A stretch of 64,000 nt of DNA from Roseibacillus sp. (GCA_965242925.1 CBDEUM010000033.1:18947-82946); one strand, 5' to 3'; numbered from the stretch's first letter, positions 1 through 9,990 are shown. Made by a program: numbers and translations. The notes: generated from the letters alone by a model not told the origin.

Positions 1-1760
1 GTCTGTTCAAGGTCGCCACCACCTGGCAGCGGGCTCCGATACCGGATGTCAACGGGACATGGGCGGTGTCCTCTCCCACGGCGGCTGCCGGCTTTTCCGG
101 CACCGGGTTCTTCTTTGGCCGGAAACTCGTCAAGGATCTCGATGTCACCGTCGGGTTGATCGCGGCGGCGGTGGGAGGAATGCCCATTGAACAGTTTTCA
201 CCGCATTCGGGGCAGGCCTTCTGGTATAACGGGATGATCGCCCCGGTCATACCCTATGGGATTCGGGGGGCAATCTGGTACCAGGGCGAGACGAATTTCT
301 GGGCAGGAGACCGGGCGAATTACTTCGATAAACAGAAGGCCCTGATCGATTCCTGGCGACAGATCTGGAAACAGGGTGATTTCCCCTTCTACCTCGTGCA
401 ATTGGCTCCCGGGCTGGGAGACCCTCTGCCGCTGTTCTGGGAAGCGCAGGCCCGCACCCTCAGCGTCAGGAATACGGGAATTGTCTCCACCAACGATATC
501 GGCGGAGACCCGGTTCACCCCCGGGACAAACGCGGAGTCGGCGAGCGCCTGGCCCGCTGGGCCCTCGCCAAGGACTACGGGCGGAAGATCGCTTTCAGCG
601 GCCCGACCTTCAAGTCGATGAAGGTCGAGGGACACATGATCAGGGTGAGCTTTGACAATGTCGGTTCCGGTTTGAGAGCGCGAAACAATGAGCCGATCAG
701 TGGCTTCGAGATCGCCGGAGATGGAAAGTTCTTCCCGGCCAAGGCCTTGATCGATGGCGAGACCGTGCTGGTGGCAAGCAAGAAGGTTCCCAGGCCTTCT
801 CTGGTCCGTCTCGGCTGGCACCATTTGTCCAACACCAACCTGCAGAACAGGGCCGGACTCCCGGCCTTTCCGTTCCGGACCGGCAGCAGCGCCCCGGAAA
901 TCGGCGGAAAGAGGCTCTTCAAGAAATCCTCCACCGTCACACTGAAGGCAATGGAAGGCAATGGGAGCATCCACTATTCACTCGATGGTTCCCTGCCGGA
1001 CAAAACATCACCCGTCTACACCAGCCCCATTGAGATCAGCAAGACCACTGCCATTCGCGCCAGATTCTACCGGGGCGATGGCATCATGAGCAGTGTCACC
1101 GAGGCGATCTTCAGCAGGGCTGAACCCCGCAAGCATGGGACCAAGACGCTCAACCTGGGAGTCCGCTACAGGTATTATGAGGGATCCTGGGCCGCTCTGC
1201 CAGATTTCGACACGATCGAGGCCATCAAGACGGGCACTGCAGATGACTTCAACCTGACGATGGCTGACCGAGCGGATGGTTACGCCCTGGCCTTTACCGG
1301 ATATCTCGATGTCAGGGAACCGGGACTCTATACCTTCCAGACCACCAGCGATGACGGAAGCGCATTGCTCGTGGACGGAGAACTGGTGGTTGATAACAAT
1401 GGAATTCATCCGCCCGTCACGAAATCTGGCGAACTTCAGCTTCGCAAGGGATGGAGAAAGATCGAGGTCCTCTTCTTCGAAGGCAGTGGCCAGGAAGCTC
1501 TGAGCGTTCAGTACAAGGGGCCTGACACTCCCCTTCAGGCGCTTCCCTGCTGGTGCGAGCAGGGACTGGAAAATGCCGGACCCCTCAGGGTCTTTACCAA
1601 CAAGTCGGGCACCAAGATCAAGGCCAGGACGGTTTCCGTTTCGGGAAACAAGGTGCACTTCGTTCGTGATGACAAAAAGGAGTTCATTGTCCCGGTTGAT
1701 TCGCTGAGCGAAGAGGACCAGAAATACCTGAAGGACTGGGTTGCCAATGGAGAGAGGTAA
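1..1760 (+). CDS. Sialate O-acetylesterase-family protein with Fn3-like/chitobiase C-terminal domain, PA14 domain and SHD1-like tail (5' partial)
   Basis: Frame is open from position 3. SASA motifs GAIWYQGE and PVHPRDK, then IHYSLDGS.P, a PA14 motif (F.TTSDDGS.L.VDG) and a C-terminal FTNKSG...LSEEDQKYL. Confidence 0.85.
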   Translation, partial: LFKVATTWQRAPIPDVNGTWAVSSPTAAAGFSGTGFFFGRKLVKDLDVTVGLIAAAVGGMPIEQFSPHSGQAFWYNGMIAPVIPYGIRGAIWYQGETNFWAGDRANYFDKQKALIDSWRQIWKQGDFPFYLVQLAPGLGDPLPLFWEAQARTLSVRNTGIVSTNDIGGDPVHPRDKRGVGERLARWALAKDYGRKIAFSGPTFKSMKVEGHMIRVSFDNVGSGLRARNNEPISGFEIAGDGKFFPAKALIDGETVLVASKKVPRPSLVRLGWHHLSNTNLQNRAGLPAFPFRTGSSAPEIGGKRLFKKSSTVTLKAMEGNGSIHYSLDGSLPDKTSPVYTSPIEISKTTAIRARFYRGDGIMSSVTEAIFSRAEPRKHGTKTLNLGVRYRYYEGSWAALPDFDTIEAIKTGTADDFNLTMADRADGYALAFTGYLDVREPGLYTFQTTSDDGSALLVDGELVVDNNGIHPPVTKSGELQLRKGWRKIEVLFFEGSGQEALSVQYKGPDTPLQALPCWCEQGLENAGPLRVFTNKSGTKIKARTVSVSGNKVHFVRDDKKEFIVPVDSLSEEDQKYLKDWVANGER

Positions 1761-2034
1761 CCGGGAGATCCTGAATGAACAGAGCATGCTCCCTGCACAC
1801 CCTCCTTCCCCGGGCCATGGGCCTCCCTGCGAACCCGGCCTGAAAAAGCGATTTGCCAGCCGTAATCGTCAGAATTTTCGGTGCGCAAGGGGTGAAAGAA
1901 GCCTCCGAGCGGGCCTTGTCCGGGTGCCGCCGAGTTTTCGGATTTACTGACTTCAACCGGGGAGATCGTGGCCAGTGAGCCCGGTCTTCACCAGAGACCA
2001 GAGACGGGGAGTGATTGTTTTCCTGGCGCTCGGA

Positions 2035-2466
2035 TCAACCGAAATCCGATGCGATCTGCACCGCTATGAGGGAAGGGTCGAGGTCGCTCCCCTTAGCCTG
2101 CCATGCCGAAGATACGGCGCTCGCCGCTGCTTCGATCTGCTCCGTGCTGTAGTCAAGGGCAAGACCGATCTCCATAAGAAGTTCTTTCTCGGCGTCGTCG
2201 GCGTTACCATCGGCCCAGACGGCAGATGCCATGAACACGAGGAAGAGAGCGCGTTTGAAAGGGTCCGTGGGCAAGGAGTTCTCCGCTGAATCCGGGTCAT
2301 TGACGATCGCGTCGATGTTCCCCTCCCCGATTCCGAGCCTGGAGGCGATGTCCCGCAGGACGGAGAGTTCGCTCTCATCGATTTTCCCGTCCGCCTTCAT
2401 GATGCCAACCGCTTTCGCAAGCATCGTTTCCGCTTCAACGGTTTCTGGTGATTTGAATTCTCCCAT
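2035..2466 (-). CDS. TerB-family (tellurite resistance-like) protein
   Basis: Two internal ADG..D..E repeats (ADGKIDESE, ADGNADDAE) typical of TerB. Confidence 0.75.
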   Translation of the reverse strand: MGEFKSPETVEAETMLAKAVGIMKADGKIDESELSVLRDIASRLGIGEGNIDAIVNDPDSAENSLPTDPFKRALFLVFMASAVWADGNADDAEKELLMEIGLALDYSTEQIEAAASAVSSAWQAKGSDLDPSLIAVQIASDFG

Positions 2467-2685
2467 GAAGAAATAGGTTGCTCCGAAGACTACCTAATGC
2501 CGTTGGAGGACGGTGCCAAGGCTAGAATCGACGTTCGACGGCCAAGGAAGGAGCACCCAATCAAGCGGAAGGGTTGTCCCAATATCGCCCGTGGACAAGA
2601 ATCCCGCGCGGTAAGGGCCGCATAAGGGATCTAACAGGAACTGAAGGCGGGGCTCACTATTCATAACCCGTTTATGACCAGGCCG

Positions 2686-2769
2686 TGCCGCCGGAGGGAC
2701 TCGAACCCCCACTCCCTTGCGGGAAGCGGATTTTAAGTCCGCAGCGTCTACCAATTCCGCCACGGCGGC
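2686..2769 (-). tRNA. tRNA-Leu(TAA)
   Basis: Reverse complement GCCGCCGTGGCGGAATTGGTAGACGC...GCGGA-CTTAAAA-TCCGC, long variable arm, GTTCGAGTC T-loop. CCA is not encoded. Confidence 0.95.
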
Positions 2770-3194
2770 TGTGGCAAAGACGACCCTACAGATACTACTC
2801 CAAAAGGCAATTCTTGACCCTTTGCTTGCGCAAAAGGGCATGGGACCACGGACAAACATGTCCAACGATCCATCCCTCCCTGCCCAAGGCGAAACTGTAA
2901 TCCCAAGGTTGAGAGAGGCGTTCTCAAAAACTCCACCCCCACCATCTACCGCAAACCCGAAGCAAAGGGCTGGGGTGACACTTTGGGGCGGAGGCCTGTA
3001 AAGTGGATTAGGGAAAAGCCCGTGCCACCCCTTGAAGATTAGGTGAGCGGAGGGTTGGGTGAGTAAATCGCGCCGCGGTTTTAGCCGCATTCGTAATTCC
3101 TTTCACCCCGGCGAGGGCAAAGAGATGGATTTCTTGGAAAGCCTCAACCTCAAATAACGCACCAGCCCCCCCTCCCCTCTAGGTCAGGGCTCTC

Positions 3195-3446
3195 CTAGCT
3201 TTCACTCGACTCCTGAGCCTTGCGCTCGGCCTCGAGCTCGGCCTCAAATTCCGCCTCCTCCTTGGCTTTAAGCTCTGCCTCGCTCTTCTTTGCAGCCTCC
3301 TCGGCGGCGGCCTTCTCGGCGGCATCTTCGGCGGCATACTGGGCCGTAAGCTTTTCGGCTTTCGCAGCCTCGCGAGCCATGCGTTTATCAAACTTCCTCT
3401 GCTCGCGCTCGCGGCGCTTGTAGTCTTTGCTAGGTGTGGAGGCCAT
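3195..3446 (-). CDS. Small charged Ala/Glu/Lys-rich helical protein (83 aa)
   Basis: ORF with AGGA 8 nt upstream of ATG. Basic N-terminus followed by an E/A/K-rich helix. No family recognised. Confidence 0.6.
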   Translation of the reverse strand: MASTPSKDYKRREREQRKFDKRMAREAAKAEKLTAQYAAEDAAEKAAAEEAAKKSEAELKAKEEAEFEAELEAERKAQESSES

Positions 3447-3471
3447 GGGTAAATCCTTAGTATGTTTAGAC

Positions 3472-3485
3472 TTAGAGCGCTCTAA
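3472..3485. promoter_or_regulatory. Perfect 14-bp palindrome TTAGAGCGCTCTAA, operator-like
   Basis: Seen directly, about 25 nt upstream of the 83-aa ORF start. Function is inferred. Confidence 0.4.
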
Positions 3486-3492
3486 AAACAGC

Positions 3493-3531
3493 TTTTAAGT
3501 TCGCAGCGTCTACCAGTTCGGCCACGGCGGC
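3493..3531 (-). repeat. Degenerate copy of the tRNA-Leu 5' half (att-like direct repeat of 2731..2769)
   Basis: 36/39 nt identical to 2731..2769. The match stops at the anticodon loop. Confidence 0.9.
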
Positions 3532-3540
3532 ATGTGCCTG

Positions 3541-5253
3541 TCAGTTGTTACTCGGGGTTGGAGCTGGTGCTGGTTCCGGCTCCGGAAGAGGCTCAACCTC
3601 CGGCTCGGGAGCTGGCGCTAGTTCCGATTCGGAAAGAGGCTCAACCTCCGGCTCGGGAGCTGGCAGGGAAACCGAAGCAGGGTTCTCAATCCCTTCCATG
3701 GCACGTTCAATGAGAAGTTTCATGTCAGGGTTTTCCCCAGTAGTTTCCAGGGCCTTGCGAAGCACGGGAAGGCTGGCTTCGGTCCCCACCCGCCGGAGGA
3801 TCAGAAGGGCAGATCGTTGCGCAGCCGGATTCTCATCATTGATGTGGGGCAGGATCACGGTCTCCATTTGACTCCCCATGGAAATCACCTCGCTCTCCCA
3901 GTCAAGCGGCTTCCCCTTCCACAGGGTCTTGAGCAAGGGGATGCCCCCGGGTGTCCGGCGTTCGATGAGAAGCTCGATCATGCTCTTGGGCACCTCCTCA
4001 CCCTTGCCAATGAGATCCTCCACAAGGTGGATCACTGCAGGTTCGGCCCCATCCTCAGGCACGGACCAGACCATGATGGCCTTGCAGATGACCGAGCGGA
4101 ATTCGGTGTCGGCATCTTCGTCCAGCAATCCAACCAGACGTCTGGCAATCTCGGACCGGAAACGGGAAGGCTCAACGGTGGAGAGTCGCTGGGCTGCATC
4201 CTTCACCCGGTCGATGTCGATGTGTTCAAGTTCCTTCTTGTTCAGGACAATGAAGGACTCGTGCGTCCTGTTGTTGAGTTTACCCTCAAGTTCAGTGCTG
4301 GGTTCCACCAGGTTTTCTCCCTTCACCTCGATGTGCAGGACACGCAGGTTCTCATAGACATTCTCCACATCGGCAAAGTGCTCCACCAGTTCGACCAGTT
4401 CGGGCATCTTGATGCTGATGCCCTCAACAATGAGCAACCCTCCTTCTCCCCGCGGATAAAAGGCCGGCCGATCAGCCGCTCCGGTCTTCCGTTGCAGGTA
4501 GCGCTGGATCTGGTAGCGGAAGTGCTTCCTCATTTCCGGCGCCCAGAGCGCCCACACCGATTCCTGTCCGAAGGAGTCGATGGCGCGCTGGACGGGGTCG
4601 TAGGCCATGGCCTTCCGCGCCTCGTCCCCGGACATCTTGGTGGGGGTCTCCCCAGCCCTGTCCAGCGGTGACCGTATCGGGTTTCCGGTGTCCTGATACC
4701 CCTCAGGATTACCCTTTGGCCGCAGGATCACGGTGAACGCCATCACCATGACCGCCAGCGCCACCCCGATCAGGGACACCTGCTTGTTCCGACGGAATCC
4801 CCCACTGAAGATCAGGGCCGATCCTACCATGACAACGAATCCACTCAGCAGGATCCTCTTTTCGATCTCCACATCGCTAAAGACACCATTTCCCATCGAA
4901 CCAAAGACGAGAATAACGAGATAACCGACGAGAATGAGAGTCCCGGTCACCCCTGCCACCATGCGCCCGGGTGTAGGCGGAATGACATCGGCCGCAGTCG
5001 CACTTCCACTGTAGGTTGCGGTGGCAAACTCCACCTCTGGGATGGGGTCCGCCGGCGATCGCCCAGCCCCGTAATGCTTGAGACCAGGCTTCTTGATATC
5101 GCCTGGGAAGTAGCGGTCTCGCTCAGACACAATGGCATCTTCATCGACCACAAATTGCTTCTCGCAGGAGCCACACTCAACGGTCCGGCTCTTCAATTCC
5201 TCATCAACCGTGAACTGCCGCTGACAGGCTGGGCATTGGATGCGGAGAGTCAT
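3541..5253 (-). CDS. Zinc-ribbon (MJ0042-like finger) membrane protein with HEAT-like C-terminus and Pro/Glu tail
   Basis: N-terminal CPAC...CGSC, three hydrophobic segments, HEAT-like LRRVGTEASLPVL, PAPEPEVEPL repeats. Confidence 0.7.
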   Translation of the reverse strand: MTLRIQCPACQRQFTVDEELKSRTVECGSCEKQFVVDEDAIVSERDRYFPGDIKKPGLKHYGAGRSPADPIPEVEFATATYSGSATAADVIPPTPGRMVAGVTGTLILVGYLVILVFGSMGNGVFSDVEIEKRILLSGFVVMVGSALIFSGGFRRNKQVSLIGVALAVMVMAFTVILRPKGNPEGYQDTGNPIRSPLDRAGETPTKMSGDEARKAMAYDPVQRAIDSFGQESVWALWAPEMRKHFRYQIQRYLQRKTGAADRPAFYPRGEGGLLIVEGISIKMPELVELVEHFADVENVYENLRVLHIEVKGENLVEPSTELEGKLNNRTHESFIVLNKKELEHIDIDRVKDAAQRLSTVEPSRFRSEIARRLVGLLDEDADTEFRSVICKAIMVWSVPEDGAEPAVIHLVEDLIGKGEEVPKSMIELLIERRTPGGIPLLKTLWKGKPLDWESEVISMGSQMETVILPHINDENPAAQRSALLILRRVGTEASLPVLRKALETTGENPDMKLLIERAMEGIENPASVSLPAPEPEVEPLSESELAPAPEPEVEPLPEPEPAPAPTPSNN

Positions 5254-5408
5254 AGGGAGGGATTACCGGCCGGGAACGGAGACAGGTTCCCCATAATAGG
5301 ACCCAGTTTCAATACAATCCGTTCGAACTTTCCCTCCCAAAAGGGGGAGATCCCCACCGGAGCAAGACAGACTCTTGACCCACCGACTCGGTAGGCTAGG
5401 AAAGGTCA

Positions 5409-6113
5409 ATGCCACCCGACATCGTAGGACTTCTGACTCTGCAGGAACGTGATCAGCGCCTCCAGGAGCTCCGCAAGGAGCTGGAGCGCATCCCCCGGGA
5501 ACAGGACCTGGCCCGGGAGCGACTGGCCACACGCCAGCAGGCGGTAGATGAGGCCAAGGCCGTCATGCAGGAAAATGAGGTGGCCATCAAGGGCGTGGAG
5601 CTCGACGTGGGCACCCGCAGGGAGTCCATTACCCGGCTCAGGCAACAGCAATTTGAAACCCGCAAGAACGAGGAATACAAGGCCCTGGGAGTAAAGGTGA
5701 GCCACTATTCAGACGAGATCGACGGGCTGGAGACGCGCGAACTGGAGCTCATGGAGCGGGGAGATCAGCTGCGGAGCAGCCTGACGGAGGCGGAGACGAA
5801 CTACTCCACCACCAAAGGAGGCGTGGACGAAGAGGTCGATACCCTGCAGAAACGAGCCGACAATTTCTCCCGGGAAACGAATTCTCTGGAGGATGAACGA
5901 AAGCAGCTTCTGGTGGGGATGGACGACAGCATGATATCCATCTATGAGCGCCTCCTCAAGTTGCGGGGGGCACCGGTAGTGGTCCAGATCACGGGCGAGC
6001 GCCAGTGCCTGGGTTGCCACGTGAAGGCCACCCCGACCACCATGGTCCAGGTGCAGACTGGCAAGGAGCTCGTGAACTGCGAGAATTGCGGGAGAATCCT
6101 CTATCCGCAGTGA
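5409..6113 (+). CDS. C4-type zinc ribbon coiled-coil protein (CT398/HP0958/DUF164 family)
   Basis: Long coiled coil followed by CLGCH...CENCGRILY. Confidence 0.9.
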   Translation: MPPDIVGLLTLQERDQRLQELRKELERIPREQDLARERLATRQQAVDEAKAVMQENEVAIKGVELDVGTRRESITRLRQQQFETRKNEEYKALGVKVSHYSDEIDGLETRELELMERGDQLRSSLTEAETNYSTTKGGVDEEVDTLQKRADNFSRETNSLEDERKQLLVGMDDSMISIYERLLKLRGAPVVVQITGERQCLGCHVKATPTTMVQVQTGKELVNCENCGRILYPQ

Positions 6114-6236
6114 TCAAGGCGGCCCGGGCAGGAAAAAACGATTGCATCTGCAGGGGGCATCGTGTAGCCCTCCCGGCCCTCCGGCGTTCCCTCCCGATAG
6201 CGCCCTGCAACCCCAGCCGCATCACGCCTCAGAACC

Positions 6237-6587
6237 ATGAACGTCATCGAGAAAATCGAACAGGAGCAACTCAAGGAAGACGTCACGGATTTCAACGTGG
6301 GAGACAGTGTGAAAGTGCACACTCTCGTCCGGGAGGGCGGCAAGGAGCGGATCCAGATTTTCGCGGGTCTGGTCATCGCCAGACGGGGCAGCTCCGTCAA
6401 CGCGGCCTTCACGGTCCGTAAAATCTCCTACGGTGAAGGAGTCGAGCGGGTTTTTCAGCTCCACTCGCCCCGCATTTCCAAGATCGAGGTGACCAATCGC
6501 GGCAAGGTGCGCCGTGCCAAGCTTCACTACCTGCGGAGCCGGGTGGGCAAACGTGCCCTCCAGGTGAAAAGCAGTGACCAGCGATAA
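6237..6587 (+). CDS. rplS: 50S ribosomal protein L19
   Basis: [21 protein letters not shown] and [11 protein letters not shown] motifs. Confidence 0.98.
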   Translation: MNVIEKIEQEQLKEDVTDFNVGDSVKVHTLVREGGKERIQIFAGLVIARRGSSVNAAFTVRKISYGEGVERVFQLHSPRISKIEVTNRGKVRRAKLHYLRSRVGKRALQVKSSDQR

Positions 6588-6689
6588 CGGGTTCCCGCAG
6601 CCCGCAAGGCAGCAGCTCACCTGGGACTTTTTCCCCTCCCTCCCTCCCGGAGCTTGAAATCCGGCGGACATGAGGGATTCTGCCTCAAC

Positions 6690-7610
6690 GTGCGAATTCC
6701 CATTCCGATAGTCGTCGGTATTTCGCTCTTGGCCGTGGCCTCATTCTGGGGCCTCCGTACCAGGAACATGGACTTCCTCACCCCCAACGGTGTGATTAAG
6801 CCCCTTCCCGATTTCATGACCGACCCGGCAGGCAACCCTGCTTCCTCCGAACCCGTCCTTGGCGCAGAGTTTGCCTCGTCAGACACACCCGCTCCCTCTC
6901 CAGCCCCCAACAAGTCCGATCTCGATCTCGGGGACCTCGAGAGCTCCCCGGGGCTGGCAGAGTATTCCGAGTATGCCGCCAAGGGCGCCGGTTACCTGGT
7001 GAGCCTCGCCACCGAACTGGAACTCCAGGGCCACTGGGACCGCTCTCTCCTGGCCTGGGAGCGGGTCCTCGACTCCTGCCATCCCTCCCCGCAGGAGCGC
7101 AAGACAGCGGAGAACGCCATCGTGCGTATCCGCCCTACTCTGACCCATTGGAATATCGATCCCGGCGGCGATATTCCCCTCCTCCTGCAACTCGGCAATC
7201 CCCGGCGGGCCTCCGACAACTTCAAGCAGTCCGCCCAGGAGGCAGCGGATTTTCTGCGAGGTGACTCTGATCATACCCTTCTGATCGAAGCGCGCATAAC
7301 AACATCCCCATCCCGCAACACCGCGGCGGGCTCCCCCATCTCCGTCTCCTTCTCCGGATCCGGAAAGAGTGAGCCACAACCACGCTCCATGATGCCCGGC
7401 AACGACGAGGTCGAGCACTATCGACTCCTCATCCTTTCCAACTCTTATCAACTGGTCCGGCAGGAACTCGCCAATGTCGATGGGATTGTCCCTCCGCTGA
7501 CCAGCAACCACCCGGGCAATCCCAGGCTCGATTTCCAGCGACAGGTCACCCGGTTGCACTGGCTCCGCTTCGCCGAGTCCCTCAATCGCTCCGCCCCCGC
7601 CGGAAACTGA
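6690..7610 (+). CDS. Hypothetical membrane-anchored protein
   Basis: Long ORF with an N-terminal hydrophobic anchor and a TPR-like helix pair. GTG 6690 is preferred over 6654, where the TTG looks like a -35 box. Confidence 0.65.
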   Translation: MRIPIPIVVGISLLAVASFWGLRTRNMDFLTPNGVIKPLPDFMTDPAGNPASSEPVLGAEFASSDTPAPSPAPNKSDLDLGDLESSPGLAEYSEYAAKGAGYLVSLATELELQGHWDRSLLAWERVLDSCHPSPQERKTAENAIVRIRPTLTHWNIDPGGDIPLLLQLGNPRRASDNFKQSAQEAADFLRGDSDHTLLIEARITTSPSRNTAAGSPISVSFSGSGKSEPQPRSMMPGNDEVEHYRLLILSNSYQLVRQELANVDGIVPPLTSNHPGNPRLDFQRQVTRLHWLRFAESLNRSAPAGN

Positions 7611-7749
7611 CCAGAGCCGGGGGGAAGGAACCGGCTCCACCCCGGCCCGGAACCGGCTCCCATCCCGCTGTTCTGCACAGCGACTGGGCAGGGAGTGACC
7701 AATAATTGGCCTGTTTGCCTTTTCCGCCCCTCCCGCACCCGGTGCTCCT

Positions 7750-7778
7750 TTGACAGGCAAGGAGATACACCCCACACT
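7750..7778 (+). promoter_or_regulatory. Sigma70-like promoter, probably leaderless
   Basis: TTGACA-17nt-CACACT, then 6 nt to ATG 7785. Confidence 0.5.
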
Positions 7779-7784
7779 ACAGGC

Positions 7785-8702
7785 ATGTTCAGACTGGTTC
7801 TCACCTCCGTGCTCCCGCTCCTCGGCTGCCTTGCCCTTGCCGGGGACGAAAAGGCGCCTGCCGGTGAGAAGTCCGCCAAAGAGCCCCCTTCGGTAAGAAG
7901 CCTCGGCAATGGCAAGTTCGAGGTGGGAATAGTCACCTTCCACCAGAAGACTCGTGAGATCAACTTCCCCGCAGAGGTCAACATGAAGGAAGGCGCCCTG
8001 GAATATGCCGTCGTCCATCAGAACGGCAAGATTCACGAAGCGATTCTCATCACCAAAGCGCGCCCCTTCCACGTCAACATCGCCTTGAAGATCCTCGGCT
8101 ACAAGGAATCCAAGGAACTCTTCCCCATCCTGGGGGAGGACTTTCGTCCTACCGGCAAGTTCCCGGATGTCGCCGAGAAGATCAGGAACGCCGCACGGGC
8201 CGAGATCCATCTAGAGTGGAAGGACAAGGAGGGCAAGGTGCGGACCGCCACCCTCAATGACTGGATCACCCACACAGTCACGAAGAAACCCCTGCCTCCC
8301 AAGCCCTGGGTTTACGGAGGATCCTATATCCACGACAATTCATTCCAGGCTGAGGTCACCGGCGACATCGTGGCCCTCTTCACCAATAATGCCTCCCTCT
8401 TCAACTGGCCCGGCCAGGACGGCAATCTCGATGATGTCTGGATTCCCACCACCGCCCGTGTTCCTGAGGTAGGCACCTCGATCAAGTTAACCATCAAACC
8501 CTTCCTGCGGGGCAAGGGGGATGGTGAAGAAAAGGCAACCGGACAACTCAGGAAGAACAGAATCAGGCAATCAGGGAGACAGGAAAGACTGCCTGTCAGC
8601 GCCCTTGAAACAGGGAAGTCCCGTCCCCGGGAACAGAAGGCTCTTCCTGATAACCCTGCCGGGATCCCGGCAGCCGCACCCTCCTCCTCTCAAGGAACAT
8701 AG
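7785..8702 (+). CDS. Secreted YdjY-domain protein
   Basis: Signal peptide MFRLVLTS...ALA, then GALEY..V...GK.HE and W.YGGS motifs resembling YdjY. Confidence 0.7.
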   Translation: MFRLVLTSVLPLLGCLALAGDEKAPAGEKSAKEPPSVRSLGNGKFEVGIVTFHQKTREINFPAEVNMKEGALEYAVVHQNGKIHEAILITKARPFHVNIALKILGYKESKELFPILGEDFRPTGKFPDVAEKIRNAARAEIHLEWKDKEGKVRTATLNDWITHTVTKKPLPPKPWVYGGSYIHDNSFQAEVTGDIVALFTNNASLFNWPGQDGNLDDVWIPTTARVPEVGTSIKLTIKPFLRGKGDGEEKATGQLRKNRIRQSGRQERLPVSALETGKSRPREQKALPDNPAGIPAAAPSSSQGT

Positions 8703-8735
8703 AAAAGTCGAACTTCATCACATTCGCCACCCATC

Positions 8736-9884
8736 ATGAATGTCATTATCACCTGCACCCTCGCTGCCGCGACGCTTTGCTCCACCCTCGAGGCCCAGAA
8801 CCAGAGTGAATACCTCTCGCTGCGCCTCGAAATGGAACGCGCCATCCGAAAGGGAAACGCCTTTCTCAAGAGCCAGCAGGAAAAGGAGGGATTCTGGGGA
8901 GAAAAGGAAACGCCCGCCCTCACCTCCCTTGTTCTCGCGGCCATGATGCGCGACCCCGGTCTCGATTACACCAAGACCCACCCCCAGCACATCGAACACG
9001 GCTTCAGCTGGTTGCTCAAGCAGCAGAAGGACGACGGGGGCATCTACGTCAAGGGTCTGGCCACCTACAACACCTCCTCCTCGATCATGGCTCTCCTGGC
9101 CCGTGGCAGGAAGGAGGATGAACCGGTCATCCTGAAGGCCCGGGAATTCCTCGTCAACCAGCAGACAGACTGGGGCAACAAGGGCACCGCCGACAACAAG
9201 TATGACGGCGGAGTCGGTTACGGTGGCACCTACGCCCACTCCGACATGTCCAACACCTACCTCGCCCTGGAGGCCCTCTATCACTCCCGCCAGATTGCCA
9301 AGGACAACAAGAGCGGGAAACAACCTGAACTCGACTGGAAGGCCGCCCTCAATTTCATCTCACGCTGCCAGAACCTCGAATCAACCAACGACCAGGTCAC
9401 CGCAGTGGCCAAGGAGGACGAAGGGGGGTTTGTCTATTTCCCTGGTGACAGCAAGGCGGGCGAACGCAAACTTCCCGACGGCCGGATGGCCCTGCGTTCC
9501 TATGGTTCAATGTCCTACGCCGGTCTGCTCTCCCTCATCTATGCCGACCTCGAACCGGGCGACAAGCGACTCAAGTCCGTCCTCAAGTGGCTGGGCAACA
9601 ACTACACCCTCAAGGAGAACCCCGGCCTCGGCCAGCAGGGACTCTACTACTACTATCACGCCATGACCAAGAGCCTCGTGGCCGCTGGCATCGACCTGCT
9701 CGAAGGATCGGATGGCACCAAGATCGACTGGCGCAAGGATCTCGGGCGCCTCCTCGTGAGCAATCAGGGCAAGGACGGTTCCTGGATCAACGAGAACTCC
9801 CGCTGGTGGGAGAATGACGACATCCTGGTCAGCTCCTACGTCGTCCTCACCCTCGAACAGCTCTACTATTCGATCCCGGAATAA
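8736..9884 (+). CDS. Secreted prenyltransferase/squalene-oxidase repeat protein (terpene-cyclase-like fold)
   Basis: QW-like repeats (LKSQQEKEGFW, LLKQQKDDGG, NQGKDGSW) and a signal peptide. No DXDD motif. Confidence 0.8.
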   Translation: MNVIITCTLAAATLCSTLEAQNQSEYLSLRLEMERAIRKGNAFLKSQQEKEGFWGEKETPALTSLVLAAMMRDPGLDYTKTHPQHIEHGFSWLLKQQKDDGGIYVKGLATYNTSSSIMALLARGRKEDEPVILKAREFLVNQQTDWGNKGTADNKYDGGVGYGGTYAHSDMSNTYLALEALYHSRQIAKDNKSGKQPELDWKAALNFISRCQNLESTNDQVTAVAKEDEGGFVYFPGDSKAGERKLPDGRMALRSYGSMSYAGLLSLIYADLEPGDKRLKSVLKWLGNNYTLKENPGLGQQGLYYYYHAMTKSLVAAGIDLLEGSDGTKIDWRKDLGRLLVSNQGKDGSWINENSRWWENDDILVSSYVVLTLEQLYYSIPE

Positions 9885-9913
9885 GGCTCGCCTGACCCCG
9901 GGAGCGGGATCAG

Positions 9914-9990
<77 letters not shown>

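Noticed and set aside
2035..2466. TerB as part of a ter or anti-phage island
   Set aside because: Single gene with no other ter or defence genes nearby.
2945..2985. GCAAA...GCAAA as a c-di-GMP-I riboswitch
   Set aside because: Lacks the GNRA-capped stem and GGACGCAAA context, and no co-oriented gene follows.
3584..3664. Roughly 30-bp direct repeat as CRISPR or att site
   Set aside because: Two in-frame copies encoding PAPEPEVEPL in a low-complexity protein tail.
6114..6236. RNase P RNA, which often follows CT398-like genes
   Set aside because: The gap is only 123 nt and has no rnpB consensus.
7613..7661. GAGCCGG/CCGGCTC hairpin with duplicated GGAACCGGCTCC as a REP family
   Set aside because: Not seen elsewhere in the window and has no U-tract; at most a local hairpin.
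8736..9884. Squalene-hopene cyclase or sterol synthesis
   Set aside because: Half the expected length, secreted, and no DXDD/DCTAE motif.
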